Source: Balanoglossus misakiensis | Taxonomy: Eukaryota > Animalia > Hemichordata | Reading direction: 5' to 3' | Assembly (NCBI GenBank): GCA_040954595.2 | Contig: CM082597.2 | Span: forward strand, 5,523,244 to 5,587,243 | Length of the DNA stretch: 64,000 nucleotides | In this document: one piece after another, positions 16,001 through 27,900 of the stretch | Numbering within the stretch: the stretch's first letter is position 1 | How the letters are laid out: each line of letters begins with the position of its first letter | Program-made: the position numbers and the translations under genes | Notes under the pieces: model-generated | What the model was told of the DNA's origin: nothing | What the model saw: the letters and a program-made list of their open reading frames with translations, nothing else | Databases searched by the model: none

Positions 16001-19000
16001 ACAAAAATATGAAAAGTCAACAAGTACCATTTATGTTGAAGCATACACGGTATGTATAATTAAGTAGATTTTGTTATTTTTTTAATATCCATTTTTGTCA
16101 TCTAGTCATCTGTTTTCTTTACAGTTTAGTTTGTAGGGACTTCATTATAAAATACCAACCATGTGGTTATAATTTCAGTATTGCATTTGGGAAGAGATTT
16201 TACTATTTATGCCTAAAAACTAATTTTAAAGGAACATGCCTATCTGTATTTATTAATATAGTCCAGCTATCATGTATGTAACATGTATTCAGTTATAGTC
16301 AAAGGAAACAATTCACTAAACTCTAGGTGCGAAATTTCATGCATTGCTCATTGAATCAATTTCATCTTGTTTGTTACATGCTGTGTATCTCATGGTTATG
16401 TTTGTGTTTCATGGTTGCTGCCTATAACATTAGGATGGCACCATATTGTAGTGTTGTATCGATCAGTCTCATGTTCTCATATGGTTGCTGCCTATAACAG
16501 TAGGATGGCACCATATCGTAGTGTTGTATCAGTCAGTCTCATGTTCTCATATGGTTGCTGCCTATAACAGTAGGATGGCACCATATCGTAGTGTTGTATC
16601 GATCAGTCTCATGTTCTCATATGGTTGCTGCCTATAACAGTAGGATGGCACCATATCGTAGTGTTGTATCGGTCAGTCTCATGTTCTCATTTGGTTGCTG
16701 CCTATAACATTAGGATGGCACCATATCGTAGTGTTGTATCGGTCAGTCTCATGTTCTCATATGGTTGCTGCCTATAACAGTAGGATGGCACCATATCGTA
16801 GTGTTGTATCGATCAGTCTCATGTTCTCATATGGTTGCTGCCTATAACAGTAGGATGGCACCATATCGTAGTGTTGTATCGGTCAGTCTCATGTTCTTAT
16901 ATGGTTGCTGCCTATAACAGTAGGATGGCACCATATTGTAGTGTTGTATCAGTCAGTCTCATGTTCTCATATGGTTGCTGCCTATAACAGTAGGATGGCA
17001 CCATATCGTAGTGTTGTATCGGTCAGTCTCATGTTCTCATATGGTTGCTGCCTATAACAGTAGGATGGCACCATATCGTAGTGTTGTATCGGTCAGTCTC
17101 ATGTTCTCATATGGTTGCTGCCTATAACAGTAGGATGGCACCATATCGTAGTGTTGTATCGGTCAGTCTCATGTTCTCATATGGTTGCTGCCTATAACAG
17201 TATGATTAGGATGGCACCATATCGTAGTGTTTTGTGGTATGTGTGTCAGTCTCATGGTCATTCCCCATTGATAAATAGAGAGACACTATCTTCTTTTGTT
17301 GAGTATGTCTCATACGAGTCATTGTCATATTTTCTTGTGTACATATGTGTTATGTGTTGTTTTCATGCTGGAAATTGTTTCTAATATACACTCATGTTAA
17401 TTTCTAACAAGATTGTTTTCTCTTTTTGTTTTTCACTATTTGAGAGTGTTTCCCATTGAAAGAAGACGAAGTTTCATAGTAAGGAAGAAGATACTCAAGG
17501 CTACTGCCATGACTCCAATACTCAAATGCATATAAAGGAGGATTTAAAAGTACTTTTCCACACTTAATGGTGACTTTGAAATCTGTATTCATGTCAGTTT
17601 TGACAAACAGTAGATTAAAAAAATGACGCATTTTTGATGGATTGAAATGATTTTCCCTAACCACTTGAACGGAAAATGAGATAAAAGTTTTATTGTATAT
17701 ATTTTCTATCATTTATGGGGTTAATTCATTTGATTTACATAATACCATGTATTTACCGTTGTTTCTTTTTTTTTTACATTGTCATTACAATAATAATGAT
17801 TGACCAAAAAAGATCTTTCTCGGTGTGCTTTTTTGACAGGTTAACATACCATTGACTGTGGAGTACTAAGATGCTGCACATTATGACACATGTTATGCTT
17901 CAAGACCAAGTTATTTAAGGGCATAGTAACTAACTTTGGGCTATTTTTTATGTATTTTTGTTCAGTGTATCGACTCCTTATTTCTGTTCTACTCCTTAAA
18001 GCATGATTAACTGCCCAGGTTCGGGATCTCAACTTTGGCCTTTGCAAATGAGTTCAGGTCTGGACTAAAATTACGTTTTTTGACAATTGCTGATTGTACA
18101 ATTATGGCAGTGTATAGAATCTAGTAAATGGCATTGCATCATGCTTTGGTGAGTTGAACAAGAAACTGCAGTCACTTGAAAGAGCAAAAATGCTAAAAAT
18201 GGCCCAAATTTATAACTATAGCTTTTAGGTAAACAGAAGCAAAACATGCAATTCAAATGTTTGGCTTGCTTACAAACTGCATTCTGTGTAAGAATGGTTT
18301 GTATACATGCCAAAGCCCAAGCAGAGTGGCTGATTTTTAAACCACTGCTCAAGCATTCTCAGTTTGTCAGCAAACCAGGAAATGCTAATTTTTGGTTTGC
18401 TGGCAAACTGAAGTGATTCATGTTTGGTTTGCTAGCACACCAGTTTTAAGTAGAAGTTGGCTTTCAGACAAGCCAATGTAAATTTTAAGGGTTTACGTAC
18501 AACCCCCTTGTATTATTCGACGGTTTGTTGGCAAGCCATTGTTTTAGAAAGTGGCTTACATGCAAGCCATCATAATATATTCATTGGTTTATATACAAAC
18601 CCCTTAGATTTGTGATGGTTTGTTGACAAACTTCTGGATAATGAATCGGTGTGTCTTCAAGCTCATTTGCTGAATAGAATGGCAGGCCAGCAAGCCATAT
18701 TTCATTACTATGGTTGGCCTACACACCACTCATTAAATTTGCTGTGGTCTATCAGCAAGCCGGTAAGTTATATAAAACGGCAACTCAGCAAGCTAAATTC
18801 AAGCCAAAATCAAGCCAAATTTGAAGAAACGAAAGAAGCCGATTTGCGACAAACAAGCCGGTTTGAATTTGGCTTGAATTTAGCTTGCAGGAAAGCCAGA
18901 AGAATTTGCAGTGTGGGAGGTATGTTCTACTTCGGAAGAAATACTTACTCTTCTTTTTCAGTCAGTCTGAAACATTACCGATTTCAACTGGACACAAAAA

Positions 19001-22000
19001 ACATTTGTACTTTAAATTGGATAATTTTTCATTAATGCGAAGAAAGGACAAACTGTGAAGTGTAATTTGACTCAAAGAAACATCTGCCTCCTTCTGGGCA
19101 TGGTTAATACGCTTTATGCTGCAACCACCAACTGGCTGTACTTATAATTGCCGTTTGTCTACTTCACTGAATTCGATTGCATGCAACCGGTCCCGGGCTC
19201 CTCTTTTGCCGCGGTTTGCTGGCAAATGAATTTAAAAGAGACGCGAGTCGCTTCGACGCCCCGAGGTTCGACGCGTAATTACAAACGCTGTTTGCGCTGC
19301 GACGCTATGGGATTGAATACCGATGCGGGTGTCCTTGGCGTTTCCGTTGTACCATCTGTATGCCTGCTCAGGTCATCACAAGGGATTCCCCGCATGCGAA
19401 CCTTGGTAATCCCCTCCAAATAATCCTTGATCCCGCGGAGATTAATTAAGATATACTCCCATGCTCTCAGTACAATCATGTTTGGAAATACATACAGTTG
19501 TTTGTGAGTGTTATAGTCCATGGTGAAATAATTAAACCCCATTCATCTTTAAGCACATAATATTTAAGCTATGGCGTTATTACTTTTCACAGGTATGTCA
19601 GTCAAAAATATTGATAGCGAATTTTGCACATAACTCTTGCACATACATTACCCTTGTTTGTTTTTGAACGTCTTGTAAAGTACTATAACGTTATTCGTGA
19701 AAGGAAGTCATACATATACGGGGACTCAATGGAGCTGTTTGTTTGACAAGCCGTAGGCAACTCCAATACTTTATACGTGGTGCCTGGGTCCTTACATGAC
19801 CATATTAAAATCGAATACCCTATTCACTTTTCGTCATTAAATGCTCGTGTATCGCCATTTCGTGGTAAAATTTGAAGAATAGGTCAAAACAGAATAAAAT
19901 GGTTGTGAGTAATGTAGCACCCAGACAAATATAAAACACTTCATTCACTCATTACCGGAAGCGAGGAATATTCGCGTTCGCGCGAACGCGTGAAGTGCGC
20001 TGCAGCTGTATTGAGGCTTCGTCTTTACTTTACACGTACATTGTATAGTAACGTATTGTGTGACAGAACCCCATGAGTTACAGTAGAGCGTGTAGAATAA
20101 TTCTAAATGCAACATATCCGAATGTTTTCTGGGGGGAATTTTTCCTTTGATAACTTTTGCTTGACATTCTGTTCGCTTTATGAGCTGCAGAAAAATTGAA
20201 ATTTGCGGTGAAAACTCGCGACCCCTGGGAATCAGGGGAGAGTATCCCGTGTCTCACCTCAGTGTAATTACCAAGGAGTCTTATCTCGTAATCCGCCAAG
20301 ATCTTGGTGGAATTATTTACGTCACTCACGGCCCGCTCCAAGACATTCTCATATTCTCGCAGTACTGTATCTGCCCGGGTTGGTAGTAGCGCCCCGATGT
20401 ATATGGGTATCTTATCTGAACCTACCACACCTGAAGGGGAAGCGTACACAGAAAGTGCATATTCAATTATACCGAAATCAGATCAAGATGGGCATAGAAT
20501 AAATCCAGAAAAAAAGTAATTCAGCTATTCATGAAAGTATAGCTGGGAAAGGGAAGTATGGGAAATCACGTGATATGGAAAATTATTCCTGGAAAATCGT
20601 ACGATTATATTTCTTAAACATTTACATGAAAATTACTCTCATTTATTTCGATTTTCTTAAAACCCTGTTATTATGTAAGTATAAAACCTGTTTAGTATAA
20701 ATAGCCCTCGTAAGCATGATTACAGCAAAGGATCGTTTTAATACCGTATTAAAAACCAATCCACGAGCATTCGTTCTGCCCTGATACATTTGAGGTTGGT
20801 GTTGTTTATGACACTAACAGGCCAAGGCCGCGTGTTTTATTCCGCAATCGTGTATATCACAAGAAGCGCACGGTAGATTTACCTTTTTGCTCAGTTCGAA
20901 ATTCGGTCTCACGGTCAGGCTGTTTTATATGCACTATGGCTAACAGGCCCTGCATACTCTGCATATGAACACCAGACGGGTGATGCTTGAAACTCTGCAC
21001 AGCCGAAGAAACATTTCACGCTTTGTTTAATTCCTTTGGTGGAAACGTTGCAAGGGTAATGCGTTTCGGGAGAGTGGCCGTATAGCCCGCTTTGAATGTT
21101 TCATTTCTCTCACCGAGCGAAAGCTAACAAACTTTGAGGAAAGCGGCGGCCGACAAGAAAGTGAAACGTGACGCAGTTTGTTAAATGTGGACACCATTAG
21201 ATGTGCCGACACCTCACTGTTACTGCATTACAATGAAAAATGTTTGTGATGCACAGAAGGAATATACTTATCGATCTGTATCGATGAAGACAGCAAAAAG
21301 GAACACTTTGTATTCTTTTCCCGGCCAAGGCGAAAATGAAAAGCCACCTGTAGTCTAGACAGCAATGAATGCCATAGTGATAACAATGTATCACCCCAAA
21401 CAATTGAAAACACAACTCAATTTCTTCCCTAGTGTTAACACATGTCTTTGTTATAGACTTGCAACAATTTATACAATAACTATTTCTTATCAACTGAGAT
21501 TGGCTACATTTTATACAATCACTTTGTTTCCTATCGACTGGACCGATGAAAAATCAAGGGTCAGTGCAGCCCAATCTGTTTTCATTGTAGGGATCATATT
21601 TCTTTTTATCTTTTGATGATGGACTTTGTTATGTTTTTTAAATGTCTATTGAGTCATCACTTGTGGGTTTGATTTAACGCAGTAGACATGTATTCATCTG
21701 CGCAAGACTTCAACTTTACGTTTCTTGCCGCGTTACTTCATGGTAATAAACCTTAATCACTATTAATGTAATCACTTTTATTGGTATTATTGACAGTTCT
21801 CTCCTATCTCATTAAACATAATGAAGCAACAATGATTTTAATATTAATTTATGATTTGTTAATGCCAGCCTTGGAGTGGATATAAAACGGTTTTACCCGC
21901 TGACGTAATGGTTATTTTCAAATTGATTAATGTAAATCAGACCAACGGTGCACGTGTACCTACTAACCTTCAGTCTGTATGACTGCTTTATTTCGCTATA

Positions 22001-24095
22001 TACGGTATAGGCTTACTTGTTTTCCGATTCAGTTTATTATAATATACTGCTGCATTGTATAGACTGTTAACTTTGTCGAGGTACACTAGAGATAGTGTAT
22101 AGATTTTCACTGCAACTCTGCTGACTTTCTATCTCGGAAGGGACGGTGCTTTGCTTGAATTGGGGCTCTCAGATTTGTGCACGTAGCAGAACCAAATTAC
22201 TGCGAAAAATGTCACAGAAGTGATAATGGAGAGTGAAGCTCAGTGGTGTGTGAAATGTTCCGTAATTTTCATTGTCGTCGTTCGGCCGACGTGTATGAAA
22301 ATAAGCCGGGGAAAATCCGCGCGCGCCACAGTCAACCTAAACCATTTCACCTACACAAATCGAAATCGGGGGAAACTCTATTGATTGAATGCAAATAGAG
22401 TTAGGCTAACTATTTGATACTGAAGGCAACTGCCCTCTGGCATTTCGGGAAGAATAGCCGGAGTTCTGCACCGCAACCACGATCTGATACGTGATTTCCA
22501 CAATTTATAGCGTTTACCCAATTTTGCAATTTCGCTGGTTTACGCACATGTCTCCGTATTCCCAAATAAGCTAACCGTTGCGGGAATTCAAATATGAAAT
22601 TGCATCCCCAGCGCACACTGCACGGCGTCTCAAAGGGATTTGTTGCTGCAGGGACCTAGTTAAGAAAGAATTACCAATTCACAGTCGGCTATACAGACTG
22701 GAATCAGCTTAATGCGATACATAACCCGAGTAATGCATTTTCATTGGAAAACTGTGTGCACATAACAAGATTATTTACCTCTAATAAATGGCATAAGAAG
22801 TGCAAAACAACATGGTGAGAATTTATCTTGACTTGGTATTAGACATTACATTAATCAACAAAGGCAAGGCGCCACAAGAATATATGTTTTCCGTTTTAAC
22901 CCTTTCACCCCAAGTTCCCACTTTAGACGTCCAACTTTACCATAGAAAAATATGTGTTTCGACTGATCCATTGTGGTGAACAATTGGAATGAAACACTAT
23001 TAAAGAAATCTGCATGGAGTTAGCAAACAATGTTAAGATGCTCTGTTAATTTGTCACTTAGATTGTTCATTGAGACCTTTGGAAATATATAATGTTTAAA
23101 GGACAATTGTTTTGTTCTGCGTATCAATTGCGATTGCTTGTTCTACTCCAACCCGCATGCTAATATACCCAGTGCACCACTTGTCAACACATCCTTATAT
23201 GTGTAACAACCAATGTCATTGTTGACAAATAAATTCTACTCCGGACTTGAATTCAAATTTTGAACAATAACAATGCTGACTATACACAAACATGTGGCTG
23301 TAAGCTAAATGCTGGGCATTTCATCACGTTACAGGACTTTAAAAGAAACTGCAGTAGATACACTAAACTAAATACTGAAACCATCGCGAAAAGTTATAGC
23401 TTATTGAGCTTTAAACAACACAGCACCGCTGAAAGATGCTTAGCATCTGTCTATGTGCGTGCGTCGCTGTATCCCACTGTGGCGGGTCCATGGAATATAT
23501 GTAACATTTGCTTTGCCCTGATGTATCTCTGCAGATTATAAGTATACTCTCAGCAGCGTACGTTGTAATCACTGTGATGCCGACGAGGTTATAATCCCTC
23601 GTGACATCCACTGATAAATGTACATCCAGTTGAGGCGGAATCAAGAATTGAATTCCAGATTAATATCGCATTTGTTCAACGAGAAATCATATACCGTGAC
23701 GTGCGACAAAAGTTGCTGCCGTATCTTCATAAGTTGACAGTGAGGCGAATGTAAAATATTTTTAGACCAACCTAGTGAATTTTAGTATGCCATTTAGTTG
23801 AGTGCAAGTCAGACAGACGATACATGATACGCGGTAGGTTTAAAATTAGTTTCACTATGAAGGATTAGATCAATAAACGTAAACGAAAGAATTTTGAAAG
23901 GAATAGGCTCGCTCGTACACTATTTAGTAGTAGGAAAACTGCTTTCTATATTTTATGATACTAGCCAATACAACGTTAGGGCATTTTTTGATAAAGAAAT
24001 GTAAAATTTATAAGCAACGTGATTCACTTACTTCGGTGGAGACAGACGACTGATAGTATAAGTTGTAGTCCCTTACAGACCGAAGAGCACCGCAT
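514..24095 (-). CDS. GABA-B-receptor-like class C GPCR, N-terminal Venus flytrap (ANF_receptor) region; partial, continues beyond the left edge
   Basis: Six phase-compatible GT-AG exons: 24032-24095, 20258-20430, 3451-3588, 2383-2550, 1247-1348, 514-579. Joined: MRCSSVCKGLQLILSVVCLHRSVVGSDKIPIYIGALLP...AVSDVNNSTKILADYEIRL...GLHILYDFIYRKPQ...ISYASSPSLRDKSVYP...NPARVQFIKSFNWKRVAII...DPSLQLQSLKRHDARII...KVFCQ. This is colinear with GABA-B1 motifs (IGALFP, DVN...ILPDYELKL, LYELLYNDP, SYGSSSPALS, NPTRVKLFEKWGWKKIA, DP...NLKRQDARII). Confidence 0.9.
1247..1348 (-). CDS. GPCR exon 5 (NMKNLVQLLTREDIDILSMEAISHDPSLQLQSLK)
   Basis: Acceptor ccacag, donor AAG|GTTAGT, 34 codons. Confidence 0.88.
2383..2550 (-). 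CDS. GPCR exon 4 (ISYASSPSLRDKSVYP...WKRVAIIFDDIEYFRS)
   Basis: Acceptor ttgacag, donor TCG|GTAAGG, 56 codons; not in the ORF track, found by manual translation. Confidence 0.92.
3451..3588 (-). CDS. GPCR exon 3 (MLPDRGLHILYDFIYRKPQLTTMFGPTFSKVAAVVNRVASEYNIIQ)
   Basis: Acceptor catgtag, donor CAG|GTAATG, 46 codons, phase 0/0. Confidence 0.9.
6961..7210. repeat. Compound microsatellite (AACC/AAAT/AAAC)n
   Basis: Pure (AAAT)n at about 6997-7057 inside degenerate tetranucleotide runs. Confidence 0.9.
15150..15700. repeat. Degenerate ~210-bp tandem repeat (~2.5 copies) inside the CACTA element
   Basis: Recurring tatactg..ttgatcat.tgt (near 15215, 15430, 15631) and gagtggggc (near 15300, 15505, 15686). 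Confidence 0.7.
16411..17257. repeat. 70-bp minisatellite, ~12 copies
   Basis: Unit ATGGTTGCTGCCTATAACAGTAGGATGGCACCATATCGTAGTGTTGTATCGGTCAGTCTCATGTTCTCAT starting at 16411, 16481, ... 17181; last copy degenerate. Confidence 0.97.
20258..20430 (-). CDS. GPCR exon 2 (VVGSDKIPIYIGALLP...ILADYEIRLLGNYTE)
   Basis: Pyrimidine-rich acceptor ccccttcag, donor GAG|GTGAGA; first strand and helix of the VFT fold. Confidence 0.9.
22897..22982. mobile_element. Short TTAA-associated MITE (piggyBac-like CCCTTT end), copy 1
   Basis: TTAACCCTTTCACCCC...GGTGAA; aligns to the reverse complement of 57186-57270. Confidence 0.6.
24032..24095 (-). CDS. GPCR coding exon 1 (start codon and signal peptide MRCSSVCKGLQLILSVVCLHR)
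   Basis: ATG at 24095, hydrophobic core, strong phase-1 donor A|GTAAGT matching the phase-1 acceptor at 20430; lies directly downstream of a CpG-rich promoter. Confidence 0.8.
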
Positions 24096-24099
24096 CTTG

Positions 24100-24310
24100 T
24101 GGTCGCGCCAGGTGACCGCTGTCTGAGCGTCGACGCTGCGACGTCACCGCGCGTGCCGAGCTAATAAATATACAGATGGTAGAAGCCACGGCGCGCGGAG
24201 TGACGTCATGACGTATCGGCCAATTGTCACGGTGGGATGCAAGATATAAAACAGAGAAGAATTAAGTTCTCTGACGCAGTTTCTCGGCGCCGCCCGAGTA
24301 CGATGCACCA
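24100..24310 (-). promoter_or_regulatory. Putative GPCR promoter with CRE
   Basis: CpG-rich patch immediately upstream of the ATG; perfect TGACGTCA at 24201-24208, CRE-like site near 24140, CCAAT near 24220, TATA-like TATATTTA (minus strand) near 24165-24172. Confidence 0.6.
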
Positions 24311-24899
24311 CGGACAAAAAAAACACGGACATCAATGCATCAGACCGATGCTATTTACAGGTTATGTCACTGAAATCAATACCACATTAAACTTATTTGC
24401 TCGGATTTAATGCAAGCACATGCACTTGCTTTCATCAGTGAACCACAAAACGACTTCGCGGCACATTTTTTCCGCTACATTTTACAACTTCAATAATTAC
24501 TCTGTAGTCGATGCCATATTCCCTGAAAGTAAGGCTTGCAATGCAATGGTAATTACAGTATTCAAAAGCTTATCCACTGGGCACTTCAATACACCATCTT
24601 AGGCGAATTAAACATTGCTACACTGCATCAGAGCCGACGTGGGCAACAGATAAATTAGGTACTAAATGGTAATCGTAGAAATCACACGGTGTCTGAGTAT
24701 TTGTGTATTTAACACCCAAGTACTATCGGCCGTCATAGTCATCTCGATGCACTTGCGGCAAACATGAGGACGGGACCATTTAAAAATGACAGGGGTGGAC
24801 ACTATTTGCCCACTCTTCAAATTACCATGGCCAAGCATTTCCTAAATGAGATGTGAATACCTGTGAAAGTAATGGACCATAAGTCACGAAAAGTGAAAA

Positions 24900-24960
24900 G
24901 GATGGATGAATGGATGGATGGGTGGATGGATGGATGGATGGATGGATGGACTGACGGACG
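24900..24960. repeat. (GGAT)n microsatellite
   Basis: Direct reading of the sequence. Confidence 0.9.
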
Positions 24961-27900
24961 GGGAGGTCGTGTGATTCAGTCAATCTGGGGATGGATAGGT
25001 TTTAGGGGAGGTGGTGTGATTCAGACAATCTGGGGGCTAACGCCCTTTTCAGGGTAATTTGGATTGGAGTCGCTCTAGATACCCGTATATCATTTGCTTT
25101 GTGTCGTTTGTCATCATTTCGTGTTTATTCACGTGCATTAGGTTCAAGGTCATAATCGAAGTCGTCAAATGGTTTGTTGGTAGTATTATTTACGAGGATT
25201 CAGCGAACTTTTAAATGCCAAATGTTCAAAAAGATATATTTTCGTGTATAGATTCTCTACATTCATTTGCTGAGTATTGAATGCCGGTTCCATGTTGCAT
25301 GTTGGGTAACGCCACCTGACTTCTTTTCACGCACTTGCAACATTTAAAAAAATATATGTGTGTCATTAAAACTAGACCAAGTGACAGTAACGATTTGTTG
25401 TGTTCAAAGAGAATGTCTTAAGGGTGTAGTCGTGAACATGGATGCGAAGTTTTTAAAGAGAGCACATCACGCACATATTTTTTGAACGACCGCGGTGGCG
25501 TTATCCAGAAATGCGGCAACGACGACTCCACGCCTCGTCGCGGCATTTTCGCTAATGGTGCCCACGGGACACGCACCGCTCAGACGGGAAGCAGTAGCCG
25601 CGGTATCACGCGTGCAACAAACTTGGATTGATAACCTCTGCGATACACGTCTTCAGGGGAAATGCTTTTTTGGGAGTGGCTTTGGTTTACACGCATCTTG
25701 TTCCTGAAAGATCGTTCACTTCAATTCCAGATTTCCTCTTCAATTAAAAGCACTCACACTACCCTTGCACAACCAACGTGAATTTGAGTTAATCCAACTG
25801 GACACGTTTAGTATTCCGGAGTCTGTACACGTACCTTGCAGTGTAAATAGCCCTCCTAATTTCTTGTTTTACTTACGCCTATCCGTCTTAGATGTCACCT
25901 GTGAATCGTCTACACACATTTGCATGTGTGAAGGTATCAATGGCCCCTTGAGTCGAAAAAATCATGTGTTTGTTGTTATTATTTTGCAGAAAAAGATAGA
26001 ATAAAGAGCTTTCCTGAAAACCGGATAAAATATAATAACTAATTGTGCCAAATTATGCCGAGTGGAAAATTCCGCTGCATTGTAACATTCTCGTATATAT
26101 AGGCCCGGGGGGTTAAATTGCGTTTCAATTGTACCCGTGGCCTGATTTTAACAATAACTACCCGCGTACGTTTACTAAGCGATTTCTAATTGGCGTCAAA
26201 ATACACACTTCCGAGAACAGCAAATTCGGCGAAATATTGTTCCGTGGAAATGACGTGGCTTGCAGAACGGGTGCTTAATGTTTTATTTCTTGATTAATTT
26301 TCCGGTTTCATGGTCATAGTGATAGTTGGGAGTTATATACACTTGAAAACCTCTGCCACATCACAGGAATTGGTGGATTAAAATACGCCTAGAATTAATA
26401 GCCAGGTCTAAAAACATAATTAGGACTATTTTCTCATTATTTATATATCCAGAAATATCGTATAAATCAAGTGAATTCTGTGAAACTGCATCAATTTGGC
26501 ATTATTGCAAATTCCTTGTTTGACATTAAAATATTAGAATTGCAGTTTAAGTAGAACAGTGAAATGTAATCTGTGTTCAGCCTCAGGCTATTTTCAGAAT
26601 CTTGATCGATTATCACGAAGTTAATTGTGTTTTATGTTGTTTTTTAAATATTGTCTTCTATAGGCTCTTAGTTTTTGTGGGTATTTTTTAATTACTTCTT
26701 TAAATCGGTGTACCCAAATTTCAATACAAACAAGTTCAATGTTCTTGCTTGTAAATATTCTGTTTAAAGTGATATCACCTCAAAACCAGTTAGGAATACA
26801 CTGTTTAGTGCATTTTACTATAGATTTACACAGCCAATATTTTCAGGACGGCATACTAACAATTTCTTTGCAAAAATGTATAACAGTATCGAAAACAAGT
26901 ATACCAAGATATTTCTTAAATCTTATCAGTTTTTAACCAAAGCTTGCATTAACATAAATCAAATGCAATTCACATAGCATTCACCTGACACTGACAGTTC
27001 CTCTGGTAAAGTGACCGCATCATATATCTTATGTATTAACTACCTTGTATGTCATAGACGTACTATTTATTACAAATGATATATCCCTCATTTCTTAGAG
27101 CCACCGATGGATTTTTTCTGTGGCCAACCTTTCACATTAGTATTCATTTTATTAGGGGATATATACTGCATTTGAACTTACATATATTAGATATACATTT
27201 TATTTTTTTCCATCGTTTACTTGTGTGTATCTGTCACCGCACCCATTGCATGTAATGAATGTCTGCATTGTTGCAAGGTAATACATTTCAAAGTCAACAC
27301 ACTACAGTCATATATTGTCACTTGTGCTATTAAACACAGAACACGAAAGGGACAGACGCTCTCCAATGCAAGTGGTTGGATTTATGACTCGAGCTCTGAG
27401 GTTTAGTCAGTGTCTCTATGCACCAGTAGTTTCAAAAGCAAGAGATCAAAGCGACACAGAAAACAGCGTATAGTAGCATAGCATAACACTAACTTTGTTT
27501 CTGTGACCCATTGCTGTGCAAAAGTTCAGAGAGATAAATATTGAATGAGATTGAGAAGGAAACCTCACTGCTGTCCATCGGATCGTGACAAATGCGATGC
27601 TGAAAGTACTGAAGTTTGTTGTAACAGTGGAAATGTCGCCAATTATTACACGCAAATAGTTCACATCTCAGCTAAGGGTAGGGCGAGAATGCCCCGGAGA
27701 TGGGAATAATGTTGCAGTGATAAATGTATCTAATGCAAAGAGCTGTTGAGGCAGTGTTTTATCAAACGTTAACGCCCCACTACGGTCCCTCGAGTGAATC
27801 GACGTCTTTTGCCGTACAAAATGTACAGCAAAATACGCTTAATTTAAAGGTATCAAGCGAAACGCGTGTTTTGCTTGATAATTGGGCACAGGCGTGGTGT

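Larger units (their letters stand above)
14403..18913. mobile_element. Non-autonomous CACTA/EnSpm (CMC) DNA transposon, ~4.5 kb
   Basis: Perfect 13-bp TIRs CACTGCAAATTCT (14403-14415) and AGAATTTGCAGTG (18901-18913), flanked by TG on both sides (2-bp TSD); dense CAAGCC/GGTTTG subterminal motifs at both ends; no transposase ORF. Confidence 0.88.

Noticed and set aside
16411-17257. CRISPR-like regular array
   Set aside because: Units are near-identical over their whole length with no unique spacers, there are no cas genes, and the context is eukaryotic; this is a minisatellite
16367-17384. Short ORFs 16367-16567 and 17115-17384
   Set aside because: Read-through of the 70-bp repeat; the unit length is not a multiple of 3 and stops recur
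18649-19035. 128-aa ORF as a possible transposase
   Set aside because: Overlaps the subterminal repeats and TIR; no transposase motifs
21197-21493. Hydrophobic ORF as the GPCR signal-peptide exon
   Set aside because: No in-frame ATG near the hydrophobic stretch and the donor phase does not fit; 24032-24095 fits better
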